From an uncultured delta proteobacterium (GTDB lineage: Bacteria; Myxococcota_A; Polyangia; Fen-1088): 64,000 nt of DNA. Location of the stretch: positions 1,335,271 to 1,399,270 of the forward strand of contig CAVTRY010000011.1 in NCBI GenBank assembly GCA_963737265.1, in the 5' to 3' direction. Shown here in pieces: positions 11,155 to 21,793 of the stretch. Below the pieces are notes generated by a model. That model did no database searches and had not been told where the DNA came from. It saw only the letters and a list, made by a program, of their open reading frames with translations. The first letter of the stretch is position 1. Every line of letters starts with the position of its first letter. The position numbers were made by a program, and so were the translations under genes.

Positions 11155-12048
11155 ATGGCGCTTGAAATGACTATCCACAGGCGCCGGGGCCTCTCCCTGG
11201 TTGCTTGGGTCGTTGGGGGATGGCTGGCGGCACTGGTCGCGGTGCCGCATCTGCGCTGGTGGATCGAGGAGCACAACCATCGCACGACAGGACCGTCGTA
11301 CGGGCTGGCCAACGACGCGGCGGCGTCCCTCGCGGCGGCTCTCGATCAACCAGCGCGCGTTGCCGAGCTGGTGGCAGTTCCGGAATCCGAGCCCACGCCC
11401 GCGACCTCGTGCGAGCTCACCTGGACCGATCGAGAAAAGACCTATGTCTACGCGCAGCGGGCCTCGCGGGCAGCGCCCGAGACCGCGTGGCGGGCGGTCA
11501 CGGTCGCCGGCAAGGCGATCCTCGGCCGCTATGTCGCGGACTTGTGGGCGGGCGACTGCAGGGAGAAGGGCTCCGACTACAAAAGGGACTGCACCGTGGT
11601 GGAGCGCGCGCGACTGGTCGAGCGGCGGGAGATCCCCGTGGCACCTTCACCCGACAGGGCGACACCGCTGCTGCCCGGTGAGTGCACGCTCGGAACCTTC
11701 GCGGGCAAGCCAGGCATCGTCGGCCGGTACAAGGTGACCCTGCCCGCGGAGCGCGAGATCACGGTGCGCGCATTCGTGATCCCGGCCACCGCGTTCCTGG
11801 CGTACCGGCTGTCGCTGCGCGGACAGGATGCCCCACACGTCGACAAGGAGAGCACCATGTTTCGCTCGCTCGGCCAGGGCGAATACGACCTGGAGGTCAC
11901 CCTGCTACCCGCAGCAGTCGGCGCCGCCGACCTGCCCGGCGAGTACAGCCTGCAAGTCCACTGGGGCCGCGCTGTCGGCCCTCGCTGTCCCATTCCGAGC
12001 TTCGACGAGAGCAACTGCTACGGCGTTCCGGGCGGGAAGCAGCCATGA
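11155..12048 (+). CDS. Membrane-anchored hypothetical protein A' (second copy of A)
   Basis: Nearly identical to 6138-7010 apart from the first residues. Confidence 0.8.
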   Translation: MALEMTIHRRRGLSLVAWVVGGWLAALVAVPHLRWWIEEHNHRTTGPSYGLANDAAASLAAALDQPARVAELVAVPESEPTPATSCELTWTDREKTYVYAQRASRAAPETAWRAVTVAGKAILGRYVADLWAGDCREKGSDYKRDCTVVERARLVERREIPVAPSPDRATPLLPGECTLGTFAGKPGIVGRYKVTLPAEREITVRAFVIPATAFLAYRLSLRGQDAPHVDKESTMFRSLGQGEYDLEVTLLPAAVGAADLPGEYSLQVHWGRAVGPRCPIPSFDESNCYGVPGGKQP

Positions 12049-12094
12049 AGGCTAACGGATCGCCCATCGAACACCTCGCGCGGGCTGTCGGAGC
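12045..12094 (+). pseudogene. Truncated 5' stub of protein B'
   Basis: MKANGSPIEHLARAVGA, identical to the start of 7007-7888, then identity ends abruptly. Confidence 0.8.
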
Positions 12095-13353
12095 ACGCGT
12101 CGGCACCTATCAGCCTTACCGGCAATGGGGTCAAGGTAGCGCAAGTCGAACCAACCGCGCCATTGCCTGCTGCCAGCGTGGTACCGGAGATTTCGCCCTT
12201 CACCGAACCCCAACCGGGGACAGGCTGCCCGGATGACTACAGTCATATGGCAAGGGTTGCCAGTGTTATGGGATCGAATGAATATACATTTAAAGGCGTG
12301 GCTCCCAACATAGCCCGCTATATTGCCGGCATGTGCAAGTCCAGCTCGTCATATCTCGAGGCTCAGGCGACTGCCGGCAAGACATGGGGTGCGGTCGCGA
12401 TAAATAACAGTTGGGGAATAGATACAACAGCAGTCGGATCCAGGCCGACGAACGACGACAAGTTCTTCGACTCCCTGGTCTTTAGCAATCGGATAAACAT
12501 CGTGTTTTCTGCTGGCAATTCGACGGACCAGCAGCCTGACTGTTGGAAACAGTCCCCTGGCATGGTTTCAACTGGAATGGTCATGTCGCCGGGATTGGGA
12601 TTCAATGTGATAACAGTGGGCGGCGCCGACGGGCAGATCGGGTCGACCTATCCCGACATCTGGCCCTGTTCCGCGTGGAAGAACCCATTGTCAACCAACG
12701 GTGACAGAAACAAGCCCGAGGTCATCGCGCCCGCTGTGGGCCTCAACACGTTAGAAGTGTGCAGTGGTAAGACTACTTTCGACAGCGCCAACTGCAACCT
12801 GACGGGCGAAGTCGATGGGACGAGTCTGTCTGCGCCCTTTGTTACTGGTACGGCGGCTCTATTGCTTCAGTCAGCACCAGTCATGTGGCCCGAAACCGTG
12901 AAGGCTATCATGATGGCTGCGGCGCAGCCGCTGCCGACTTCAGACCGAGACCACTATGGCGCGGGGCTTGTCAACATCGGGGTTGCGGGCGATATCGTAA
13001 GGGGCGTCAACGGAAACTGGAGGGGAGATACGCCGCCGCAGTGCTCTGGCACGTGGCCGTACACCTGGCCGATGTATCTCATCGCTGGGAAACAGACGCG
13101 ATTGGCTATTGCATGGACGCAAGACCCCAACTACAGCCAATACGCCAATCAGCCCCAGGCAGATATGGATCTTATGATCAAGGATCCCCAGGGCAACGTG
13201 TATGTCCTATCTAATAGCTACGACAACAATTATGAATATGGTGATTTTGTGCCCTCTCAGACAGGTATGTACACGATTATGGCCACGAAGTGGCGTTGCG
13301 ATTCCACCTTTGCTTCCAATCGCATTGGTTTGGCCTGGCACCAGGCGCCGTGA
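12095..13353 (+). pseudogene. 5'-truncated S8 (subtilisin-like) serine peptidase
   Basis: In-frame LTGNGVKVAQVE upstream of the called start, SHMARVASVMG (His), VFSAGN, KPEVIAP, DGTSLSAPFVTG (Ser); no signal peptide or prodomain; begins at the duplication breakpoint. Confidence 0.75.
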
Positions 13354-13751
13354 TGTGTTTTCGCTGTCCCATTCTTCTTGCTCTGTTCGGGCTTGCTAGC
13401 TGCAGCAGCAAGCCCGTTGACTGCTACAACGTAGCGCCCACCGATTGTGGGAAGTACTCACAGTGCCGTTCTATTGTTGCCGGCTGGCTGGACGATCAGT
13501 GCGTAGAAGAGATCGACCCTGTTGCCTGTTGGCCTGCAGACGTCCCCGGCTGTCAGCTGACATTTGGTTTGAGAGATCCGGCCGGGCACTGTTGGGGGAT
13601 GGCGGACTGCTTCGTTCCGCAAGGGTGGCAGGACGACGATGGAACCTGCTACAAGTCTGGGGAAGCGAACTACAACGCGTGCTATCCGCAAGATGCTGGC
13701 ACCGTGGGCGACAGTGGAACGGGAAATGCGGGCGATACCGGAGGGGACTAA
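13353..13751 (+). CDS. Cys-rich lipoprotein
   Basis: TGATG overlap; signal peptide with lipobox LLALFGLAS-C; many Cys; Gly/Asp/Thr tail. Confidence 0.7.
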   Translation: MCFRCPILLALFGLASCSSKPVDCYNVAPTDCGKYSQCRSIVAGWLDDQCVEEIDPVACWPADVPGCQLTFGLRDPAGHCWGMADCFVPQGWQDDDGTCYKSGEANYNACYPQDAGTVGDSGTGNAGDTGGD

Positions 13752-13819
13752 GCGACAATAGTATCGTATCACGCGGACCCGAAGGAAATGCCTCCCGAGG
13801 GTCCGCGTTGTGTCGGTGC

Positions 13820-13912
13820 GTACGGGAACTTGGAAAATTCAGGTCATAAAATGCCGTTGCGACTCCACCCTCAGCTCCAATCGCATCGGTCTGGCATGGG
13901 CATTGGACGCGA
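13820..13912 (+). pseudogene. Relic C-terminus of a second S8 peptidase
   Basis: TGTWKIQVIKCRCDSTLSSNRIGLAW matches TGMYTIMATKWRCDSTFASNRIGLAW at the end of 12095-13353. Confidence 0.65.
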
Positions 13913-13963
13913 ATCCCTGTGTTCGCCGCCGATGGCTCGGCGAACGACTCCACCTGCCGGCAG

Positions 13964-14383
13964 CTAGTCAACCATGCGAAAACCGGCTGAAGCGAAGTGG
14001 TGGTCGAAGGCGAACGCCAGTCGGATCCTTTCGCGCGCCATGAGCACGAAGCTGGTGGCGTCCACGGCGGATAGCTTGTGGAGCTCGGGTTTGGCGAAGT
14101 AGACCCAAGCACGTTCGAGGTCGTGGCTCCCGCACTCCAGCAGACGAAATCGCGGCAGACTAGCCAAGGAGTTCTTCCAGGCGAGAGCAACGTCTTGGGT
14201 CGCGTTGCGATCGAGGAAGGTGAAGGTTTCTAGTACGACCGGAATCGAGGTCGCCAGTCGCGACCCCTTGTCGAGCAATCCCTCCCATGCGGCCCTGGCT
14301 CGATCGTGCAAGGGATCGCGGGTCAGCGCCAGCGCGATCCAGGCACCTGTATCCACGAAGACCAGATCGTTGCTTCGAGTCAC
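13964..14383 (-). CDS. vapC: PIN-domain toxin (VapC family)
   Basis: VFVDTGAWIAL, VVLETF, LSAVDATSF, AFAFDHHF; GTG start overlaps the antitoxin stop. Confidence 0.9.
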   Translation of the reverse strand: MTRSNDLVFVDTGAWIALALTRDPLHDRARAAWEGLLDKGSRLATSIPVVLETFTFLDRNATQDVALAWKNSLASLPRFRLLECGSHDLERAWVYFAKPELHKLSAVDATSFVLMARERIRLAFAFDHHFASAGFRMVD

Positions 14384-14598
14384 GGCTGGTCGTAAATGGC
14401 GTCGTGTTCGGCGGAGGTGGCGCGGGGCTGCCCGTCCCACAGACCGACCGGGCCCTTCGTCGACGGCCGAAGCCAGACCTTTCGGATCGCCTCGCGGATC
14501 AACCCGGCCACGGGCCGACTGGTCCGTTTTGCAATTTGGTGCAGGGCTGCCAAATCTTCATCCTGCAAATAGACCTGAGTCTTCGTCATGGGTGTCAT
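14380..14598 (-). CDS. Ribbon-helix-helix (CopG-like) antitoxin
   Basis: MTKTQVYL...VAGLIREAI; directly upstream of the PIN gene. Confidence 0.85.
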   Translation of the reverse strand: MTPMTKTQVYLQDEDLAALHQIAKRTSRPVAGLIREAIRKVWLRPSTKGPVGLWDGQPRATSAEHDAIYDQP

Positions 14599-14694
14599 AG
14601 TAGCATGTGTAGTGACACCCATCCAGTGTCCTCTTCTACCCGCCCAGAGCGCGGCCAACCTGATACACGCCGAAGCTCACCAGCCAGGCCAAGC

Positions 14695-15652
14695 TGGAGC
14701 TGCAAGTCGCGCGGATTTTGCCCCTCGTGTACGGGTAGAAGAATGGCACAGACCGCGACGAATTGGCTCGAACACGTGCTGCCAGCAACTCCCCTGCGAC
14801 AGTTCGTGGTGACATTTCCCTTCGAGCTTCGCCAGCGTCTGGCCTACGATGGCAAGACCCTGCGCGCGGTCGGCAGGATCTTCATGGACTCGGTTCTTGG
14901 ATGGTATCGACGCCGAATGCGCGACGAAGGCATTCGCGACGGCCGCAGCGGTGCGGTCATGGTCGCGCAGCGGAACAACGCCGACGTGAAGCTTAACCCG
15001 CACCTGCACGCCATTTTCGTCGATGGTGTCTTTGCGACCGTGCCCGACGGCAAGCCGGTCTTCCACGCCCTGCCACGCCTCTCGACCGAGGAGGTCGGCG
15101 ACCTCTTGCAGGTGGTGCGTACCCGCGTCCTCGCACACCTTGTCCGCCGTGGCATCATCGAGCCTGGCTCCGACCTGACCGTGCTCGACGACGGCTTCGC
15201 CGAGCGCGAGCCGGCCCTGGCCCAGTTGGCCGCTGCCGCCGTGTCTGGCCTGCCGCCTGCTGGCCCCGAGTTGCGCCGCCGCCCCGAACCCGTGATGCTG
15301 CGCGGCCACCCCGGCGTCGAAGTGACAGCGCCCCTTTCCGTCACCGAGTTCGGGTTCTCCCTGCATGCTGCCACCCGCGCTGGCGCCGAAGACGCTCGTG
15401 GCCGCGAAGCCCTGTGCAAGTACGTGCTTCGCCCGCCCCTGGCCCAAGAGCGCCTGAGCCTCCTGCCAGACGGTCTGGTCCGCATCACGCTCCGCAAGCC
15501 TTTCCGAGACGGCACCTACGCCGTCGACATGGATCCGCTCTCGTTGCTTTGCCGTCTTGCCACCACGATTCCTCCGCCAAGGTTGCATGGGGTGCGCTAC
15601 TCCGGTGTTCTCGCCCCCGCCGCTAAGCTCCGCCCTCTGATCGTGCCGCTAC
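14695..15652 (+). mobile_element. IS91-like (rolling-circle HUH/Y) transposase fragment, truncated at both ends
   Basis: SCKSRGFCPSC, NPHLHAIFVDG (HUH), LCKYVLRPPL; cut at 15652 by an IS21 element. Confidence 0.85.
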
Positions 15653-15688
15653 TGCTGGACGTCAACTACATTCACCCGGTGACGTCAA

Positions 15689-16537
15689 TTACATCGCCCC
15701 ATTGTTGTCGGGGGTAGTTGTCGTTGGTTGATCGGTAGTTGTCGTAGTTGTCGCTGGGGTGGTGACGCCTCTCTTTCGTGCTTCTTCGCTGCGGTAGCTG
15801 GGGCCGGTCATCTCAAGGATGACCGCGTGGTGGACCAGTCGGTCGATGGCGGCGGCGGTGGTCATGGGATCCTTGAAAATGCGGATCCAATCGCTGAAGA
15901 CCAGGTTGCTGGTGATGAGGACGCTCTTGCGTTCGTACCGCTCGGCCAGGAAGGTGAAAAGGACCTCCATTTCATCGCGGCTCTGCTGGACGTAGCCGAT
16001 GTCGTCGAGGATCACGGCGTGATAGATGTCGAGCGCGGCCAGTTCTCGTTCCAGGCGAAGGTCGCGCTTGGCGGCCAGCAGCCTCTGGACAAGCGCGAAG
16101 GTCGGCGTGAAGAGGACCCGGTAGCCGCGCCGGATGAGTTCGTGGCCGATGGCAGCCACAACGTGACTTTTGCCTCGGCCGGGCAGTCCGAAGACGAGCA
16201 GGTTCTCCCCACGTTCGACAAAGCCACCCTCACACAGGCTCGCCATCTGCTTCATCACCTTGGGTGACAGCCGACCACGTTCCAGGGTGGCCAGGGTTTT
16301 CTCCGTGGGAAGGTCCGAATCGCGAAGCGCGCGATCGATGCGACGGGTTCGGCGCTCTTCGATTTCCAGTTCGGCCAGGTGCTGGAGGTATTGGCTGAAG
16401 GTCCACCCCTCGCGGCTGGCCTTGATCGCGATCTCCTCGGCGTGCCGGGTGAAGGCAGGCAGCTTGAGCGCGCGCAGAAGCACCAGCAGAGCGTCGAGCG
16501 CGCTCGGCTTGACCGTGTCTACGGAGACGTTGGTCAT
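15689..16537 (-). CDS. istB: IS21 ATP-binding helper protein
   Basis: Walker A GLPGRGKS, Walker B VILDDIGY, ITSNL, AAIDRLVHH. Confidence 0.93.
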   Translation of the reverse strand: MTNVSVDTVKPSALDALLVLLRALKLPAFTRHAEEIAIKASREGWTFSQYLQHLAELEIEERRTRRIDRALRDSDLPTEKTLATLERGRLSPKVMKQMASLCEGGFVERGENLLVFGLPGRGKSHVVAAIGHELIRRGYRVLFTPTFALVQRLLAAKRDLRLERELAALDIYHAVILDDIGYVQQSRDEMEVLFTFLAERYERKSVLITSNLVFSDWIRIFKDPMTTAAAIDRLVHHAVILEMTGPSYRSEEARKRGVTTPATTTTTTDQPTTTTPDNNGAM

Positions 16538-18033
16538 GATGCCACCTGTTCGAGGAGCAGGTCGTAGGACGCGAGATCGACCAGCGGTGCTTCGAGCGCG
16601 GGGACGCTCGGTGGATAGGTACTGTCCGTCGCCTGTGTGCATCTCTTCTTGGTTGCATCCGCCGTCAAGATGGTCCCATCGGCAAGCAGAGTCGTGAGCG
16701 CTTGCTCGACATCGGCTTCCATCGTGCTGGCGGCCAGGTGAAGAATGCGCAGGTATTCAACGTCGCCTTTGATTCCAGGCTTGGTCGCCTGGATCGCGTC
16801 GTATGCCCGCCTGAAAGTCACGCTTGGAAACAGCTCTTCTCGGTAGACGTAGCGAGAAAACGCGCCCGGCTTGCGCACCAAAGACCAGATGACGTGCCGG
16901 TAGTCGATGCGCGCGGTCTTGCCTCGCAGCCTGTCGCAGGCCAATTCCAAGTTGTCGGCGTAGTACACCTCGATTCGGTGCTCGAACACGCGGACTCTCA
17001 CCCGTGCGCCGATCAGCCTCGACGGCACCGAGTAGGCGCACGACTTGACCCGGATGGTGCTCGTCGACGCCACAGGTGCCGTCATTTCTGCGTACTCCGG
17101 CAAACGCTCCACCACCAGCGGCCGCATGGCTTCGATCTCCTCGGCGACGCGCGGGCCTCGCGAAGCGTTGGCTTTGCGGACCACCTTGGCTACGAAGCGT
17201 TCGTAGTCGTCTTGGTCCGCGAAGTCGCGGCTGCCACGCACCAGCAGCGCTTGTTCAAGCCGACGCTTGAGCGCGCCGTTGCTGGCCTCCACATCGCCGT
17301 TTTGTTCCTTGGCCCCGACGGCTGTAGTTCGTGGCTCCATTCCGAGGTGCCGCATGACCGCCTTGTATTCATCGTTGAAAGTGCGATCTTCCGCATCGCG
17401 AGCGATCTGATGTGTCGCCGCCGTCGAGTGGTCGGTTTGGTGGTATCGCGGCACCCGCCCAAGCTGGAACAGCGCCGACTGGATCCCTCGCCGAAGCGCT
17501 GCCAGAGACTCCGACAGACACGCGGTCGCCCATTGCCAGTTCGAGTACGGCAGCACCGTCACGCACAAAAGGTGCACAAATAGCTGGCCCACGATCGTCA
17601 CACCAAGCTCCGCCGTCGACGTGAAGTCGGTTTGCGCGGCTTCACCGGGCCGATGCGCCTGCGTGAACCAAATCTCACGCGCAGGACCATGCTCGGCCCG
17701 CCAGCGACGGATTCGCCGCTGCATTGTCCGAAGATGGCTCTCGTTGTACCGCCCTGGCTGCTTCGCCTCCAGCAGCTCCAGCACCGTCTGAGCCTCCAGC
17801 CCAGGCGTTTCCTCCAGCAACTTGGCCACGGCTGGCCAGTCCTCGGCGAACGCGTCAGGGCGCGTCCGCCACCACCGCGGCTGCCGTAGCTCCGACGGTA
17901 GCTTGCCCGCGGCGATGTATCGCCGCCCTGTCTTCCGGTCCATGCCCGCCTTCATGGCGGCCTGGCCTACTTTTCCAATCTTGCTCATCTCTTCCATCAA
18001 ACGCCTCACTTGGGCGTCGGTGACCGGCTTCAA
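16534..18033 (-). CDS. istA: IS21 transposase
   Basis: PGEAAQTDFT, QTDHSTAA, NGDVEASN (DDE), YSVPSRLIG. Confidence 0.93.
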   Translation of the reverse strand: MKPVTDAQVRRLMEEMSKIGKVGQAAMKAGMDRKTGRRYIAAGKLPSELRQPRWWRTRPDAFAEDWPAVAKLLEETPGLEAQTVLELLEAKQPGRYNESHLRTMQRRIRRWRAEHGPAREIWFTQAHRPGEAAQTDFTSTAELGVTIVGQLFVHLLCVTVLPYSNWQWATACLSESLAALRRGIQSALFQLGRVPRYHQTDHSTAATHQIARDAEDRTFNDEYKAVMRHLGMEPRTTAVGAKEQNGDVEASNGALKRRLEQALLVRGSRDFADQDDYERFVAKVVRKANASRGPRVAEEIEAMRPLVVERLPEYAEMTAPVASTSTIRVKSCAYSVPSRLIGARVRVRVFEHRIEVYYADNLELACDRLRGKTARIDYRHVIWSLVRKPGAFSRYVYREELFPSVTFRRAYDAIQATKPGIKGDVEYLRILHLAASTMEADVEQALTTLLADGTILTADATKKRCTQATDSTYPPSVPALEAPLVDLASYDLLLEQVAS

Positions 18034-18145
18034 AGGTGCCTCCTGCCCGCTTGCGGGCTTGGAGGTCTACCTCACGGTCACCGTCGCGCCTCAAAGCGGG
18101 GCGACGTAGCTGTCGTCTTTGGGGAGATGTAATTGTCGCTCGGCA

Positions 18146-19000
18146 GCGAACCTCGGTTCGTCCGTGCCCAACATCGCGTGTCTCGTGAAAATCCACGTCC
18201 AATCCCGTCGGGTCGCGACGACAATGCGCGAAGATTGTCGTCACTTCAGCGCTGAGCGTGGGTTGGTTCTCCTTCACCGCGAGCAGGTAATCCGCGTCGG
18301 CGTCCTGGATATCTGCGGTGATCTGCTTCTGGCAGCCCATCGCATCGATAGTTACTAGACAGCCCTTGATCTTCAGGAGCTTGAGCAACCGCGGAATGGC
18401 AGTGATCTCGTTGGATTTCTCCTCTGTCTTGACCTGCCCAAGAACCACGTGGTTGTTGGTGGCCCAGGCACTAACCATGTGGACGAAAGCGTGGCTGCCG
18501 GCCTCTTGGAAGGATCGTCGCAGCGTCTTGCCGTCGATGGCCACGACCTCGCCTTTCGTGAGTCGCGCCACGCTCAAGATCCACTGCCGGAACCTCTCAG
18601 CCAGGGCATCTGGATTCAGGGCTGCAAACACCCTCCCGATGGTGTCGTGTGTGGGAATCCCGCCGCGCAGACCGATAGACGTTCGTAACCAGGCTTCTCT
18701 TGCCCGCCCATAGGTCTCGATAGCACAGAAGGAGTCAGCACCACAGACCACGGCACACAACGATAGCATCAGGATGTCCGTCAGCGCGTGGTGCCGCGTC
18801 CGCTCCACCCGCGGATCCGGCACCGACGCGAAGTACTCCAGGATCGATGCCGCCAGCTCTTCCTTTTCTCGTTCCGCCACGGTTGTTCGCTTCATGACTT
18901 ACGAACAAGCCACGATATCGCCCTTCAATCAAAAAACGTTCCTCTCTGGTGCGCCGGCTATACCACGAAGATCGTTCGGGATTTAGATGCGATGACCCTG
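18146..19000 (-). mobile_element. ISAs1-family element, 3'-truncated (transposase starts at 18895)
   Basis: VPDPRV, PTHDTIGRVF, VAIDGKTLR, KSNEITAIP, TIDAMGCQ, GHGRTEVR; the left end reads CAGGG on the minus strand at 19000. Confidence 0.9.
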
Positions 19001-19106
19001 GGCTCCCTCCCCGGGCTTCTTGGGCTCCCTCCCCGGGCTGGCAACCCCGTCCAGGCCCTTCTCACCCGGTTTTCGAACCCTGGCCCCCGCTTGTTTCCCT
19101 TACGCG
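19001..19106 (+). repeat. IS91-like 3' (putative oriIS) end, inverted copy of about 19874-19980
   Basis: Near-identical inverted copy ending ...GCTTGTTTCCCTTACGCGT; contains the tandem unit GGCTCCCTCCCCGGGCT. Confidence 0.8.
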
Positions 19107-19873
19107 TAGTATAGTCCGCCACACTTCCCCAGTTGACTTGGTTACCGTTCAGGCCGAAATTCGTCGGGAAATAGGTGTGCAGCGAGATCACGAGATTGGG
19201 GTCGTTGATAAAGCTCACCTTTTGCATCGATTGGATGCCCGACTGGATGGGGCTAGCGCCGATCGGTTGGATCATGACGATGCGGGTGGCATTGGCTCCG
19301 CCGGTGTCTCGAATCGCTTTGAAGCACGCCTCGAGGTACATGTTGAGATCGGTTTGCGCCTGCGGGGTGTTGCCGCCGCCGGCCTCGTTGGGCTCATTGA
19401 AGCACTCGAACATCAGGTGACTGTCGAAGGATTTGAAGGCCGTGGCGATCTGGCTCCAGACCGCAGTGACCTCGGTCGCCACGCCCTGTGCGGCTGAGGT
19501 CGAGGGAAAAGGAACCCACCCGCCATTCCCATCCGCTTCGTGGTGGGTATTGACGAAGACGTACATCCCGGCATCGACGGCCCATTGCGCTGTTCGCGTG
19601 ACCTTGGCCATCCACGCCGCATCGATGGTGTAGACCGGTCCGCCGCCGATATGCTTGGTCCAGGTCACCGGGAGCCTCAGTGTCTTGAACCCGGCTGAAT
19701 GGACGGCGTTGATCAGGGTTTGAGTTGGCGTGGGGTTACCCCAGCCGGTCTCGTTGGGGTCTGCATCGAAGGAGTTGCCCAGATTCCAGCCCGGGGCCAT
19801 CAGCTTGACGGCGTCCTGCGGAGTGAGTTGCCCCGTTGCACCGGAGCTGCCGCCGAATCCCGTCGTGCCGCCG
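19107..19873 (-). pseudogene. Internal fragment of a glycoside hydrolase family 5 (endoglucanase-like) gene
   Basis: PGWNLGNSFD, GFKTLRLPVTW, NTHHE, FECFNEP (acid/base Glu), SLHTY; lacks a start and the C-terminal nucleophile region. Confidence 0.88.
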
Positions 19874-20824
19874 ACGCGTAAGGGAAACAAGCGGGGACCA
19901 GGGTTCGAAAACCGGGTGAGAAGGGCCTGGACGGGGGTTGCCAGCCCGGGGAGGGAGCCCAAGAAGCCCGGGGAGGGAGCCCAAGAAGGAGGGGACGAGG
20001 ACAGGGTTTTGGTCACCTTGGGCGGCAGCATAGAGCGGCAATGGCGTCTTCGGGCAGACGGCGGCCCGGGCGGCGCGGTCTACGGGCTGCTTGGGCTAGG
20101 CGTGGAACATATCGGTCTGAGCATGGGGCTTGCGGCGCAGCTCGCGAACCTTCCAGTAGGGCGGCGCCCTCGCCGGGGCCAGGGGTGGTGGCTCGGTCGG
20201 CTCTCCCAGGTGGCGCAGGAACCTGGCGATGTTCTCGGGCTCCTGCACCAGCGATTTGAGCTTCATCTTGCCCCCGCACTTCGGGCAACGGTCGATGTCT
20301 TCCTTGAAGGTTTTCTTGGCGAGGATGGCCCACGGGATGTAGGCGCAGCGATGGGTAGGGGGGGTGCTTGCGGGTTTGGCGGCATCGCCCTGGGGCGGAG
20401 GCGGGGGTAGCGGCACGATCAGAGGGCGGAGCTTAGCGGCGGGGGCGAGAACACCGGAGTAGCGCACCCCATGCAACCTTGGCGGAGGAATCGTGGTGGC
20501 AAGACGGCAAAGCAACGAGAGCGGATCCATGTCGACGGCGTAGGTGCCGTCTCGGAAAGGCTTGCGGAGCGTGATGCGGACCAGACCGTCTGGCAGAAGG
20601 CTCAGGCGCTCTTGGGCCAGGGGCGGGCGAAGCACGTACTTGCACAGGGCTTCGCGGCCACGAGCGTCTTCGGCGCCAGCGCGGGTGGCAGCATGCAGGG
20701 AGAACCCGAACTCGGTGACGGAAAGGGGCGCTGTCACTTCGACGCCGGGGTGGCCGCGCAGCATCACGGGTTCGGGGCGGCGGCGCAACTCGGGGCCAGC
20801 AGGCGGCAGGCCAGACACGGCGGC
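19874..20824 (-). mobile_element. Second IS91-like copy: 3' half of the transposase (stop at 20096) plus its 3' end
   Basis: About 20410-20824 is a near-identical inverted copy of about 15235-15652; continues with CPKCGGKMK...RFLRHLG. Confidence 0.88.
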
Positions 20825-21052
20825 GGCAGATCGACCTTCCCGCGCTGGGGGATCCGCAGTGTGAGGAATTAACCCACGACCACGACCCGGCTCTTTCCGC
20901 AGCCCGCCGGTTCCACCCGCACCTGGCGATGGTGCCGATTTCTTGCCCGATGGCAGCGTGTTTTCGCAGCTCTGCCTGCCAACGCGGCCATTCCGCGGAA
21001 AGCTGGCCCTCGGCGACGTGGGTGGTGAGCCACTGCGCAACTGGTCGTGAAA

Positions 21053-21454
21053 TTAGTTTTCCCAATCCTCCCAGCGTAGCCCCGGGACCCGGCCGAATTC
21101 CTTCACGTTGTGGGTGACCAACACCAAGTCATTGGCCAGCGCCATGGCCGCGATGAGCAGATCATTCGGGCCAATCAATTTTCCCGCGCGATGAAGGTCC
21201 GCGCGGATTCGACCATAGTAGTTCGCGGCCCCGTCGTCGAACGCGACGCTGGTGAAAGGGAAAAGGAAGGTTTCGAGCAAACTCAGATTCGCTTCGATCC
21301 GGCTGGAATTGCGCGCGCCGAATTGCAGCTCTGCCCGGACGACGCTGCCAATGCGCACTTCGGTGGGCGTAAGTTGGCGCAGCTTCTCGATGGCCTTCGA
21401 ACTGCGCCCCGTGAGGATTCCGATACAGACATTCGTGTCGAGAAGGAACGGCAT
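21053..21454 (-). CDS. vapC: PIN-domain toxin (VapC family)
   Basis: FLLDTNVCI, RAELQFG, IGPNDLLIAAMA, LVTHNVKEF. Confidence 0.93.
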   Translation of the reverse strand: MPFLLDTNVCIGILTGRSSKAIEKLRQLTPTEVRIGSVVRAELQFGARNSSRIEANLSLLETFLFPFTSVAFDDGAANYYGRIRADLHRAGKLIGPNDLLIAAMALANDLVLVTHNVKEFGRVPGLRWEDWEN

Positions 21455-21455
21455 C

Positions 21456-21677
21456 TCAGAATCGTGCCCTTTTCTCGAGCCGGCCCTGTGTCGGTCGCTT
21501 GGGCGCCCCGCCCAGCCACTTGCCGACGACTGCCTCGAAGTAGCCCTCGGGCCAGCCGCCACCTACCTCCCGCTCGACCAGTTCGGCCAGGTACCGGGAC
21601 ACGGAAATCCCCCTCGCTTCGGCCCGTTTGCGGATCACATCCGCTGCGGCGTCTGGTACGTAACAGTGCATTTGCAT
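21456..21677 (-). CDS. Putative antitoxin (RHH-like)
   Basis: Short ORF immediately upstream of vapC; RAEARGISVSRYLAELV. Confidence 0.8.
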   Translation of the reverse strand: MQMHCYVPDAAADVIRKRAEARGISVSRYLAELVEREVGGGWPEGYFEAVVGKWLGGAPKRPTQGRLEKRARF

Positions 21678-21793
21678 GGAACATTCTCTAGCATATATGT
21701 GGCATATGTGCCAGCGCCGGTATCGCACCCGGTTGCGAAGGATTTTTCTGCCCGTTTGGGGTGCGACCCCTGCGATTGACCCCTAAAGAATGA

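Larger units (their letters stand above)
15653..18145 (-). mobile_element. IS21-family insertion sequence
   Basis: istA/istB pair; imperfect terminal IRs TGCTGGACGTCAACTACA and (reverse complement) TGCCGAGCGACAATTACA; no target duplication seen. Confidence 0.9.

Noticed and set aside
12095-12104. ACGCGTCGGC at the duplication breakpoint equals the IS91-end/GH5 junction sequence (19870-19879, reverse complement)
   Set aside because: Only 10 GC-rich bases with no further IS sequence; could be chance.
17855-20031. ORFs 17855-18895 and 18958-20031 as intact genes
   Set aside because: Chimeric read-throughs across IS junctions (ISAs1 into IS21; IS91-like ends around the GH5 fragment).
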